From positions 96,001 through 160,000 of the forward strand of contig CAZQNA010000004.1 in assembly GCA_964594835.1 (NCBI GenBank): a stretch of 64,000 nucleotides of DNA, in the 5' to 3' direction. Under the pieces are notes generated by a model that made no database searches, was not told the DNA's origin, and saw only the letters and a list, made by a program, of their open reading frames with translations. The translations under genes and the position numbers were made by a program. The stretch's first letter is position 1. Every line of letters starts with the position of its first letter. This document shows positions 48,760 through 57,968 of this stretch, piece after piece. This DNA comes from an uncultured Nitrososphaerota archaeon (GTDB lineage Archaea; Korarchaeota; Korarchaeia; Korarchaeales; Korarchaeaceae).

Positions 48760-49440
48760 TTGCTCAAGCACCTGCCAGACTTAATAACGCTCGTCGGGCT
48801 CGAGATAGGCTTCCAGTCCATATACATGGCCGCCACCGGCAGGTTCCAGCTGGCGGCGAGGCTGTTCTTCCTCGCACTGTTCTTCGACTACCTGGACGGG
48901 CTGGCGGCCAGGCTCCTGGGCGCCGGGTCCCCCAGGGGGGAGGTCCTCGACAGGGCCGTCGACAGGATCAACCAGTGCGTCGCCCCGGCGGTGCTCTACG
49001 CCGCTGCCGGGGGGATCTTGGACAGCGCAGTGGCCTCGCTGCTCGTGATCATAGGGATAGTGAGGCTCTCCATCCCGAAGGATTCCCGCTACTTCAGAGG
49101 GGCCCCCCTGTTCATACCGGCGCTCCTGATCGAGTGCTCCGTCCTTGCCGGCATGGACCTGCATCCCCTGATCCTCCTCCCCTTCATACTGGTGACCGGC
49201 CTCCCGATCCCCTACCCCAGGTCCCAGGTGACGTCCGTCGGCGAGGGGGGAGGGTGGAGGAGACTCGTCTGGGGGATGAGGCCGATCGTCCCCCTTGTTA
49301 TGGTGCTCGGGCCGGGCGGCCTGGTAGCCCCTCTGTCGAAAGCCGTCGTGGCCCTGGCGGTTGCGTACACAATGGCCGGGCCCGTCCTGGCGAGGATGAG
49401 GTGGGTGGGGGAGCCCGTCTGGGCCAGGAGGTCCGAGTGA
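48760..49440 (+). CDS. CDP-alcohol phosphatidyltransferase (archaetidylserine synthase-like)
   Basis: PDLIT, DYLDGLAAR---G--LD---D motif, FRGAP; hydrophobic. Confidence 0.82.
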   Translation: MLKHLPDLITLVGLEIGFQSIYMAATGRFQLAARLFFLALFFDYLDGLAARLLGAGSPRGEVLDRAVDRINQCVAPAVLYAAAGGILDSAVASLLVIIGIVRLSIPKDSRYFRGAPLFIPALLIECSVLAGMDLHPLILLPFILVTGLPIPYPRSQVTSVGEGGGWRRLVWGMRPIVPLVMVLGPGGLVAPLSKAVVALAVAYTMAGPVLARMRWVGEPVWARRSE

Positions 49441-49486
49441 TCGCCCCCCGGGGCGGACGAAGGGGGAGAGAGGGGGGAGGGGGTGC

Positions 49487-51706
49487 TCACAGGCGGTCGA
49501 TGTAGTCCTCGGCCCTCGGGAGCTCCTCCTTCATCCCCTTCCTTCTCCTGATCTCCAGGATCACCTGCTCCATGAGGGACTTCGGCAGGGGCTCCCAGTG
49601 GGAGAACTTCGTCTGCCAGAAGGCCCTGCCCCCGGTGACGCTCCTCATCTCGTTGCTGAAGTCGCCCAGGGTCTCCCTGACCGGGATGTACCCCTTGACC
49701 AGGCTGATCCTTCCCCTCTCCTCCACGCCCGTGACCTTCCCCCTCTTCTGCGAGATCAGGCCTATCACGCTGCCGATCAGCTCCGGCGGGACCGTCACCT
49801 GAATCTCGTAGACCGGCTCCAGCAGGACCGGCTCGTCGCTGAGCATGGCGCCGAATATGGCCCTCCTGGTGGCCGGGACCAGCTGGGCCGGTCCCCTGTG
49901 GGCCGGGTCCTCGTGGATCATGGCGTTGACCAGCCTTATCACCAGTCCCATCGAGGGCTCGCCGGCGAGCGGGCCCTCCTTCATGGCCCACATGAAGCCC
50001 TGCTTCAGGATCTCCCTCACCTCGTCCAGCCTCTGGACGCCGACGGTCCTGTTGATGAACAGGTTGTAGTTCTCCTCGTCGATCTTCCAGACGTTCCTGG
50101 CGTCGTCGGTCTCCATGCCGCCCTCCTCCCTCAGGATCTTGGCGATGGACCTGCTGTCCATCCTCTCGTGCACCTTCCTCTCCCTGATGAGCTCGATGAC
50201 CTTCTCCGGCAGCCTCTCGGCGGTGATCCAGAGCCTGTTCAGCTTGTTGGGCGACTTGGCCAGCACGGGCTCCGGGGAGGAGGACTTCATGCTCTCCCTG
50301 TATACGACGGTAGGTTCGCTGACCTCGAACTCGAGGCCTGACTTCTTGATGTCGTAGAGCGACACCTCCAGGTGCAGGGCGCCGGTCCCCTTGAGGAGGA
50401 TCTCGCCCGTCTCGGTGTTGTGTATGAGGATCAGGTTCGGGTCCTGGAGCGTGAGCTTCCTGAGGGAGTCGACCAGCTTCGGCAGGTCAGACGGCCTCTT
50501 GGCCTCTATCGCCACCGTGACCACCGGCTCAGTGACGTAGTGCATCGCCTCGAAGCCCGCCTGCACCCTCTCCCTGACTGAGGGGAGCACGAGGGTCTCG
50601 CCCGAGCTGGCCGCGTCCACGCCGAGCAGGGCGGCTATGTTCCCGGCGGGGATCTGCTCCATCCTGACCCTGTAGGGCCCCATGTAGATGGCGGTCTGCT
50701 GGATCCTCTGGGTCTTCTTAGCGTTGAGCAGGTATACCTCCTGCCCCTCCTCGACTGTCCCGCTGAACACCCTGCCGGTGACCACGACCCCGGCGTGCGG
50801 GTCGACCTTGGCGGCGTTGACGCCTATGATGAGCGGGCCGTTGGGGTCGCACCTCTTCAGGGCCTCGAGAATCTCCTCGTCGTGCTTGTCCTTCCAGATC
50901 CTGTCGATCCTGTACTGCTGGGCCTCTATCGGGCTGGGGACGTGCTTCACCACCATCTCCAGGATGGCCTCGTGAACCGGCAGCTCGTGCTTGAGCCTGA
51001 CGTGGTCGTCCTCGGCGTAGGCCTTCAGGATGTCCGCGAAGGTGACGCCCTTCCTCTTGGAGATGGACGCGTTGAGGCCCCAGCCGTGCAGGCCCGATCC
51101 CAGGGCCACGGTGTCGTTCTCCCACCTGACCTTCCACTTGTCCCTGAACTCCGGCTCGGCGTAGGCCTCTATCAGGTCGTTGAACTGGGTTATGATCCTG
51201 GCGATCTTCTTCTGGGTCTCCTGCGGCGTGAGCCTGAGTTCCTTGATGAGCCTGTCGACCTTGTTGATGAACAGGAGCGGCCGAACCCTCTCCTCCAGGG
51301 CCTGCCTGGTCACCGTCTCTGTCTGGACCATGACCTCCTCCACCGCGTCGACCACCACTATGGCGCCGTCTATCACCCTCAGGGACCTGGTGACGTGCCC
51401 GGTGAAGTCGATGTGGCCGGGCGTGTCGACCATGTTGATCGCGTACTCCCTCCCCTCGTGCTTGTAGTACAGAGAGACGTTCGCGGCCTTTATCGTGATC
51501 CCCCTGGCCTGCTCGAGCTCGTGGTAGTCGAGCCACCTCATCTCGCCGGCCATCTTGGTGCTGATCATGCCCGCGGAGGAGAGCAGGTTGTCCGAGAGCG
51601 TCGTCTTGCCGTGGTCTATGTGGGCGATGATCCCGATGTTCTTTATGTTCTGGGGATCCATCATAAGGCCCTGGAGGTGCTCTACGATCTTCTTGTACTT
51701 CTGCAA
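49487..51706 (-). CDS. fusA: Translation elongation factor EF-2
   Basis: AHIDHGKTT, RGITI, DTPGH, NKVD, diphthamide loop HEDPAHRG, LLEP. Confidence 0.95.
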   Translation of the reverse strand: MQKYKKIVEHLQGLMMDPQNIKNIGIIAHIDHGKTTLSDNLLSSAGMISTKMAGEMRWLDYHELEQARGITIKAANVSLYYKHEGREYAINMVDTPGHIDFTGHVTRSLRVIDGAIVVVDAVEEVMVQTETVTRQALEERVRPLLFINKVDRLIKELRLTPQETQKKIARIITQFNDLIEAYAEPEFRDKWKVRWENDTVALGSGLHGWGLNASISKRKGVTFADILKAYAEDDHVRLKHELPVHEAILEMVVKHVPSPIEAQQYRIDRIWKDKHDEEILEALKRCDPNGPLIIGVNAAKVDPHAGVVVTGRVFSGTVEEGQEVYLLNAKKTQRIQQTAIYMGPYRVRMEQIPAGNIAALLGVDAASSGETLVLPSVRERVQAGFEAMHYVTEPVVTVAIEAKRPSDLPKLVDSLRKLTLQDPNLILIHNTETGEILLKGTGALHLEVSLYDIKKSGLEFEVSEPTVVYRESMKSSSPEPVLAKSPNKLNRLWITAERLPEKVIELIRERKVHERMDSRSIAKILREEGGMETDDARNVWKIDEENYNLFINRTVGVQRLDEVREILKQGFMWAMKEGPLAGEPSMGLVIRLVNAMIHEDPAHRGPAQLVPATRRAIFGAMLSDEPVLLEPVYEIQVTVPPELIGSVIGLISQKRGKVTGVEERGRISLVKGYIPVRETLGDFSNEMRSVTGGRAFWQTKFSHWEPLPKSLMEQVILEIRRRKGMKEELPRAEDYIDRL

Positions 51707-51822
51707 GGCCTTTTCACCCTTCCAAGGCCAGCCCTCGCGCCCGCGTTAAAAAAGAATGCCCCCGCCGCCGGGAGACGCTGGCCTATTATATAGCCGTGGG
51801 CGCCGCATCCGCGGTGGATTGA

Positions 51823-53100
51823 TTGGCGGGCCTCGCCGGAAGGGAGAGGAGCCTCGAAGTCATCCTCGGTCTCTCCAGGAACCCGTTCACCCCACTAGCC
51901 GACTTCGATCCCGAGCTGGCCAGGCAGATGTTCGTACCCCTCCAGCCAGACTCGGGCCTGTTCGCCATGGCCAGCGATACCCTCGCCGGCACAGGGTCGG
52001 CCTTCGTGGCGGTGGTCGGGGAGCCGGGGATGGGTCGGACCTCGAGGCTCAACGTGCTGGCGCACGACTTCTGGGAGTCCGAGGGAGAGTACATCCTCTA
52101 CGAGGTCAACCCCCTGGAGGGACCCGACGCGATAGACGATCTCCTAAGCTTCACGTACGAGCGAAGCCGGAGCATCAGGAAGGCGCTCAAGAGGCTGGTC
52201 CTCGGCGTCTCGGAGCTCAGCGACGAGGAGCTGGAGAGGCTCAGGAGGTCCCCGGCGAGCGTCGGGGAGGCCTTGGTCGACTACCTCGATCCCATAAGGC
52301 CCGTCGCACTTCTCCTGGACGACGCCCACAACATGCTCCTCGGGGGAGACAGGTGGTCCTTCTTCTTCTTCGAGAGCATCAGGGAGCTGGTCTCGGTCAT
52401 GCCGGAGGGGATCATGGTCGTGATGACCATGAGCCCGGACGCCTTCAACGCTCTGAGGAAGAGGCACTCCGCCCTGATATCTAGGATGCACGACAGGGTG
52501 GAGCTGAAGCCCCTGACCAACGAGGAGGCTATCCAGATAGTGGAAAAGAGAGTCTCGACGTTCAGGGTCAGGGAGCCGAGGTTCGAGCTGGACCCGTTCA
52601 CCCCGGAGGCGGTGGAGGCCGCCAACGGCTACGCGCGCGGGGTGCCCAAGAGGCTGATGGACATACTCTCCCAGGCCCTGGAGGCCGCCGTTGCCCTGAG
52701 GAGGACCACGGTCACGGAGGTGATCGTGGACGACGTGATGGAGCCGGAGGCCCCTCTTCTGGAGTTCCTAGAGAGGGTTCCGGAGAGGTTCAGGAGGGAG
52801 GTGGAGACGCTGATCAGGGACTTCGGCGGCGGGCCGATAACCCTCGAGAAGCTGGCCCTGGCCGCGGAGGTCCCAGTGGACGAGGAGTACAGGAGGCTTG
52901 AGACCCTGGTGGCGGCCGGGTACCTCTCGAAGGACGCCGCCGGCATGTACTACCTGCCCAAGGATGTCCTCGAGTCTGCCGAGGCCAGAGAGGAGCCGAC
53001 GAAGAGGAGACCTTCCAGGGCCCGTCCCAGGGAGCAGGAGAGGCCGAGGAAGATCTCCAAGTCCATAGAGAAGCTCCTGAGGAGGACCAAGAGGCGCTGA
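51823..53100 (+). CDS. AAA+/P-loop ATPase with C-terminal winged helix (Cdc6/ExeA-like), atypical Walker motifs
   Basis: NPF, GEPGMGRTS, LLLDDAH, SRM, PFT, GVPK; wH-like tail and basic C-terminus. Confidence 0.65.
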   Translation: MAGLAGRERSLEVILGLSRNPFTPLADFDPELARQMFVPLQPDSGLFAMASDTLAGTGSAFVAVVGEPGMGRTSRLNVLAHDFWESEGEYILYEVNPLEGPDAIDDLLSFTYERSRSIRKALKRLVLGVSELSDEELERLRRSPASVGEALVDYLDPIRPVALLLDDAHNMLLGGDRWSFFFFESIRELVSVMPEGIMVVMTMSPDAFNALRKRHSALISRMHDRVELKPLTNEEAIQIVEKRVSTFRVREPRFELDPFTPEAVEAANGYARGVPKRLMDILSQALEAAVALRRTTVTEVIVDDVMEPEAPLLEFLERVPERFRREVETLIRDFGGGPITLEKLALAAEVPVDEEYRRLETLVAAGYLSKDAAGMYYLPKDVLESAEAREEPTKRRPSRARPREQERPRKISKSIEKLLRRTKRR

Positions 53101-53160
53101 GGATCTGTGGGATAATCTTTTAACGGATTGGGCCGGAGCCTGCCGCGGTGACGTGCGTCC

Positions 53161-53856
53161 ATGTCCAGGGGGAGGGAGATAATCCAGGGGGCCATCTCCG
53201 AGGGCAGGAAGGTCCTACTGGAGCCCGAGGCGAAGGCCCTGGTCGCCGAGTACGGAATTCCAGTCACGAGGGTCAAGGTGGCCAAGTCCGAGGATGAGGC
53301 CGTTCAGTTCGCCAGGGAGATCGGCCTGCCGGTCGTCCTCAAGATAGTCTCCCCGGACGTCCTCCATAAGAGCGACGTGGGCGGAGTGAAGGTGAATCTG
53401 AAGACCGAGGAGGAGGTGAGGAGGGCCTACAACGAGATCATCGAGTCCGTGAGGTCCAGGGTGCCCAACGCCAGGATCGTCGGGGTGCTCATCCAGGAGT
53501 TCGCCCCCTCCGGCGTGGAGGTCATCATAGGCCTGATCAGGGACCCGCAGTTCGGCCCCACCGTCATGTTCGGCCTCGGAGGGGTGTTCGTCGAGGTCTT
53601 CAGGGACGTGTCCTTCAGGGTGGCGCCCCTGACCGAGAGGGACGCCGAGGAGATGATCAGCGAGATCAAGGGGAGCAAGCTCTTGGAGGGCTACAGGGGA
53701 GCGGAGCCGGTGGACAAGAGGGCCCTCGTGGACGCCCTCGTCCGGGCGGGCCAGATCGGGGTGGATCACCCTGAGGTGAAGGAGATGGACCTCAACCCCG
53801 TGATGGCGTACCCCAGCGGACTTAAAGTGGTGGACGCCAGGGTCATACTGGGGTGA
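53161..53856 (+). CDS. acdB: ADP-forming acyl/acetyl-CoA synthetase beta subunit (ATP-grasp)
   Basis: PVVLKIVSPD-LHKSDVGGV, DPQFGP-VMFGLGG, EMDLNP, DAR. Confidence 0.92.
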   Translation: MSRGREIIQGAISEGRKVLLEPEAKALVAEYGIPVTRVKVAKSEDEAVQFAREIGLPVVLKIVSPDVLHKSDVGGVKVNLKTEEEVRRAYNEIIESVRSRVPNARIVGVLIQEFAPSGVEVIIGLIRDPQFGPTVMFGLGGVFVEVFRDVSFRVAPLTERDAEEMISEIKGSKLLEGYRGAEPVDKRALVDALVRAGQIGVDHPEVKEMDLNPVMAYPSGLKVVDARVILG

Positions 53857-53860
53857 TGGA

Positions 53861-54070
53861 TTGGCCAGGAGGGTGTCGGAGCTATACGACATGGAGGTCT
53901 ACACCACCGACGGCAAGTTCGTCGGGACGGTGGACGACATAGTGTTCGACGACGCCGAGGGCCGACTCGCCGCGATAGTCGTGGCCCTTGACGAGAAGGG
54001 TAGGGAGAGGAGGACGATCCCGTACCCGGCCATAAGGGCCTGCGCCGACATAATCCTCGTGTCGGTGTGA
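53861..54070 (+). CDS. PRC-barrel protein (CdpB-like cell-division accessory)
   Basis: SELYDMEVYTTDGKFVGTVDD...IPY-AIRA-ADIILV. Confidence 0.82.
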   Translation: MARRVSELYDMEVYTTDGKFVGTVDDIVFDDAEGRLAAIVVALDEKGRERRTIPYPAIRACADIILVSV

Positions 54071-54183
54071 GCTGGCCCCCCGGCGGCGAACCTTTTTAAT
54101 CTCCTAACACCGGCCCGATCCGAGCACGCTTGGTGGCGGGCGATCTTTCGGGCAACGCAACGGCTGAGAGAGGAGGAGCCCCC

Positions 54184-55098
54184 ATGGGAGCAGCACAGGC
54201 GCAGGATCTTGATGTCCTCCGGCGTAGGGTTGAGGATCTGAGGGCGAAACTTCTCTCGATACGCGACGAGAGGAGGGCCATAATAGAGGTTCTCAAGGGT
54301 CTGAGGGAGAAGAGGAGAGAGCTCATCGAGCAGGTGAGGGGAAAGAGGGCCAAGATAAGGGAGCTCATGGAGGAGAGGAAGAAGATCAGGGAGGAGGTCG
54401 AGAAGCTCTTCGAGGAGAGGAGGAGGGTCATCGACGAGTACAGGAAGGCCAGGCAGGAGGCCATGGAGATCAAGAACAAGTACGAGAACCTCATCGCCGA
54501 GGTCGGGGTCCCCGAGCGCGTCCTTCGGAGGAGGATAGCCGCCCTGGAGAGGAGGATCGAGACCCAGCCCCTGTCCAGGGACGCGGAGAGGGACCTGGTG
54601 GTCAGGATAAGCCACCTGGAGGCACAGCTCCAGACCCTCGTCGAGGCCAAGAAGCTGAAGAGGCGCTACATCGAGATCATGGCCGAGGCGGAGAGGTGGA
54701 GGTTCTTCATCAGGGACACGGGGGAGAGGATCAAGGAGCTGAAGTCCAAGATATCCGAGATAAACTCGGAGATATCGCAGATCATAAAGGAGCTGGACGA
54801 GATCCGCCCCCAGATCGACGAGCTCAGCAAGGAGATAGAGGAGAAGAGCGGCAGGGTGGACGAGATGAAGGCTCAGATGGACGAGATATTCCAGGAGATA
54901 ACTCAGACGAGGGAACTCCTGAAGAAGGCCTACGAGGACATTCAGGCCGCCGCCAAGCTGACGGAGGAGCAGATAAAGACCAGGCTGGCTCAGGAGGCCC
55001 TGGAGAAGTACAAGGCTGGAGAGAAGCTGACCCTCGAGGAGCTGAAAGCCCTCATGGAGGCCGGCCTCCTGGAGGGCGGCCCCGCCTCCTCGAGCTAG
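54184..55098 (+). CDS. Archaeal coiled-coil protein (COG1340-like)
   Basis: Long heptad pattern, IETQPLS--E--LV, KYKAGEKLTLEEL. Confidence 0.75.
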   Translation: MGAAQAQDLDVLRRRVEDLRAKLLSIRDERRAIIEVLKGLREKRRELIEQVRGKRAKIRELMEERKKIREEVEKLFEERRRVIDEYRKARQEAMEIKNKYENLIAEVGVPERVLRRRIAALERRIETQPLSRDAERDLVVRISHLEAQLQTLVEAKKLKRRYIEIMAEAERWRFFIRDTGERIKELKSKISEINSEISQIIKELDEIRPQIDELSKEIEEKSGRVDEMKAQMDEIFQEITQTRELLKKAYEDIQAAAKLTEEQIKTRLAQEALEKYKAGEKLTLEELKALMEAGLLEGGPASSS

Positions 55099-55151
55099 CC
55101 GGCTCCGACCCACATTTTTAATTCCAGCCGGCCCCGGGCAAGCGATAGGAC

Positions 55152-56249
55152 TTGGTCACCAAGGGCCCCGAGGGAACTCCGCGGCGAGTGCTGGTTCTCT
55201 GCGTTGACAGGGACGACGATCTCGGCCTTAAGACTGGCCTGAGGGGCCCCGTGGTCGGACCTGACGCGAACACAGAGGCCGCTACGAGGCTGGCGCTCGC
55301 CGACCCCCAGGAGGCCGACGCGAACGCGATCTTCGGAGCGGTGAAGGTGGCCGAGGAGGTCAAGCGCGAGCTCCCTGAAGCCGAGGTCCTGGTGGCCACG
55401 ATAACGGGTCACCACACCAGCGAGCTGATAGCGGACCAGGAGATCATCAGGCAGATGGCGGAGGTCACCTCCACATTCCGCCCCGACCACGCCATACTCG
55501 TCTCGGACGGCGTCGACGACGAGAGGGTGATCCCCCTCCTCCTCAAGTTCGTCCCGACGATTAGCGTGAGGAGAGTGGTGGTCCAGCAGAGCCCCCAGCT
55601 CGAGGAGACCTACCTGCTCATAAGGAGGTACATAGAGAGGCTCCTTGAGAGCCCGGAGGCCAGGGCCTACGCCTTGGGAGTGCCGGGGGCCCTTCTGGCG
55701 CTGGCCGGGATCCTCTCGCTCCTGAACCTCCAGAGGTACCTCACCACGGGCTTCATACTCTTCCTAGGCGCGCTGCTAATGGAGAAGGGGTTCTCCATAA
55801 CTGGCAGGATCGTCAGGGCGGTCAAGTACTTCGGGGGAGCCATGGGGATATTCTCCCTGTTCTTTGGACTCACTGGGGTGGCTGCGAGCGCGTTTCAGGC
55901 CTACAGGACCGCATCAAGCATGATAGAGAGCAACCCAGCGAGCGTGGTGGTGGGGACGGTCCTGAGGAGCACCTCTCACCTGTTCTTCCTCTTCACGTCG
56001 GTGGCCTTCCTGGGGAGCGCGATAGAGTCCTACGCCATGAAGCGCGGGGACTATCTGGAGAAGCTCATAGCCGTACCCGTCTCCTTCTCGGCCTGGCTGG
56101 TCACCTACTACGCGGGGGAGTACCTCCTTGGGAGGATAGGGGCGGTCATCCTGGGCCTCGGCCTGACGGCCTCGCTGCTCTTCTCGATAGCCTCACTCTT
56201 CTTCCTCAGAGCCCTCGTAGGGAGGAGAAGGAGATCCGACGGTGAATGA
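55152..56249 (+). CDS. DUF373 family membrane protein
   Basis: VLCVDRDDDLG-K, DP-EADAN, VSDG-DDE, VVQQS; C-terminal TM helices. Confidence 0.88.
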   Translation: MVTKGPEGTPRRVLVLCVDRDDDLGLKTGLRGPVVGPDANTEAATRLALADPQEADANAIFGAVKVAEEVKRELPEAEVLVATITGHHTSELIADQEIIRQMAEVTSTFRPDHAILVSDGVDDERVIPLLLKFVPTISVRRVVVQQSPQLEETYLLIRRYIERLLESPEARAYALGVPGALLALAGILSLLNLQRYLTTGFILFLGALLMEKGFSITGRIVRAVKYFGGAMGIFSLFFGLTGVAASAFQAYRTASSMIESNPASVVVGTVLRSTSHLFFLFTSVAFLGSAIESYAMKRGDYLEKLIAVPVSFSAWLVTYYAGEYLLGRIGAVILGLGLTASLLFSIASLFFLRALVGRRRRSDGE

Positions 56250-56699
56250 GGCGTCGGCCGCCTTCCTGAGGGCCACGCTGAAGCCCGGCTCCGCGCCTAT
56301 CACGGCCACCTCCTTTCCCGCCTCCTTCGCCCTGTAGACGAGCGGGAGGTAGGCGGCCGACCTTGTGGCGAGGGCCAGGGCGTCTATCTTCTCGTCGTGT
56401 ATGGCGTCCATGGCGGCTATGGTGAGGTCCACCTCCGGCTTGCCCGGGGATATGAGGGCCTTGTATCCGGCGTTCATCACGGCCTCCACGAGCTTCTCGG
56501 GGGCCTTCCTGTCGAGGACGACCACCTTGACCCTCACGTTCCCCAGATCAGAGGCCACCTTGGATATCTCCTCCAGGTCAACCCCTAGCTCCTTCCTCAG
56601 CATGTTGGGGCCGTCCACTATTACGGCGACTCGCCTCCTCCTGTGCCTCGAGGGAAGTCTGAGCGGTACTCTGGGGACGGAGACGCGGCGGTGGCTCAT
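56193..56699 (-). CDS. NYN-domain protein (TIGR00288 family)
   Basis: VDGPNMLRKE, KLVEAV, GAEPGFSVAL--AAD. Confidence 0.85.
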   Translation of the reverse strand: MSHRRVSVPRVPLRLPSRHRRRRVAVIVDGPNMLRKELGVDLEEISKVASDLGNVRVKVVVLDRKAPEKLVEAVMNAGYKALISPGKPEVDLTIAAMDAIHDEKIDALALATRSAAYLPLVYRAKEAGKEVAVIGAEPGFSVALRKAADASFTVGSPSPPYEGSEEEE

Positions 56700-56796
56700 C
56701 GGACCACCCCTTCCCAGGACCTAATTAACGGTTGGCCCGTCGCCCGCGCAAACTAGATTAATCGCCACGCCCGGGGAACGGACCCGAGGGATAGGG

Positions 56797-57123
56797 TTGA
56801 TCTGCCCGAAATGCGGCGCGCTGATGTCTCCCAGGGTAGTGGACGGCAAGGTCGTGTTCAAGTGCCCCAGGTGCGGGTACGAGGGGACCGAGGGGAGGGC
56901 CCTCAACATAACCAGGAGGGTCGCCGGCAGCCCGGAGAACAAGGTGGTCGTGATAGAGAACCCGGAGGATCTGATCTCCCTCCCCAAGGTGAAGGCGGTC
57001 TGCCCCAAGTGCGGGCACACCGAGGCCTACCTCAGGATAGAGCAGACCAGGTCGGCGGACGAGCCCCCAACCAGGATCTACACCTGCGTCAAGTGCAAGT
57101 ACACGTGGCGGGAGTACTCCTGA
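56797..57123 (+). CDS. tfs: Transcription factor S (TFIIS/RpoM-like)
   Basis: Two Zn ribbons and QTRSADEP with the acidic hairpin intact. Confidence 0.95.
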   Translation: MICPKCGALMSPRVVDGKVVFKCPRCGYEGTEGRALNITRRVAGSPENKVVVIENPEDLISLPKVKAVCPKCGHTEAYLRIEQTRSADEPPTRIYTCVKCKYTWREYS

Positions 57124-57282
57124 ATCTCTCAGACTCAAATCGTGGTTCTTTGGGGTAGTGGATTGCGCTAGGCTGTGATGTTGGGTATGATTTGGGCGGC
57201 AAGCTCGAACTTCCGTCGGCCGCCACCTTCTCGGCCGATAATCAAAGAGCGGCTTGGGCGGGCTGGGTCAACCACCGGCGGC

Positions 57283-57642
57283 CTACACTACTCTGACCTT
57301 CCTTTCCGATACCACGACAAGCCTGCCTCCCACCTCTGATAAGCTCACCGACCTGAGCAGGCGAGACGTAACCTCTACAATCCTCTCTGGGGTTGGGGGG
57401 TCGACTCTGATTAGGACTATCGTGATCCTGCCCTCATAGAGCCGCCTGTAGAGGAGGCCGAAGTCCTTGTCGAGCGTGACTAGGATCAGCCCGCGGTCGG
57501 CAGCGTACTCGGCCACGGCTCTGTCCTCTGCCCCTCTCAAGCCAACTTCTGCGAGTCGCCTAACCTCGTATCCTCTCTCCAGCAGGAACTTTGCAAGGGA
57601 AATTGGCACGTTCTCGTCTAGGAGGAAAGCGGGCTCACTCAA
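57283..57642 (-). CDS. DUF5615 PIN-like toxin
   Basis: FLLDENVP, G-ED, LVTLDKDFG. Confidence 0.88.
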   Translation of the reverse strand: MSEPAFLLDENVPISLAKFLLERGYEVRRLAEVGLRGAEDRAVAEYAADRGLILVTLDKDFGLLYRRLYEGRITIVLIRVDPPTPERIVEVTSRLLRSVSLSEVGGRLVVVSERKVRVV

Positions 57643-57853
57643 GGGCCACGATTACCTCCTCTCCAGCTAGCTTGGCCGCGTACCTCAGGGCGGCCCTCAC
57701 ATCCTCCAGGGTGAGTTCGGGGTACTCCCTCACGATCTCCTCTGGCGTCATCCCCTCAGCCACGAGCCTGACAATGAGGGCTACCGGGATTCTGGTGCCC
57801 CGTACGACTGGCTTCCCCCCAAGCTTCTTCGGGTTGACCTCGATCCGCTCCAT
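57635..57853 (-). CDS. DUF433 antitoxin
   Basis: GGKPVVRGTRIPV, EYPELTLEDVRAAL-YA; overlaps the toxin start. Confidence 0.92.
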   Translation of the reverse strand: MERIEVNPKKLGGKPVVRGTRIPVALIVRLVAEGMTPEEIVREYPELTLEDVRAALRYAAKLAGEEVIVALE

Positions 57854-57968
57854 CCTCCCATTTGGAGACCCGGCCGTGTCTATTAAAGTCGCCCGCCGAC
57901 AACCTTTGGGTTAGCGCTCCTCTGCGCAAGCCTACGCGCAAGTCTGTTCCCAGACTCTTGTGGCGACC

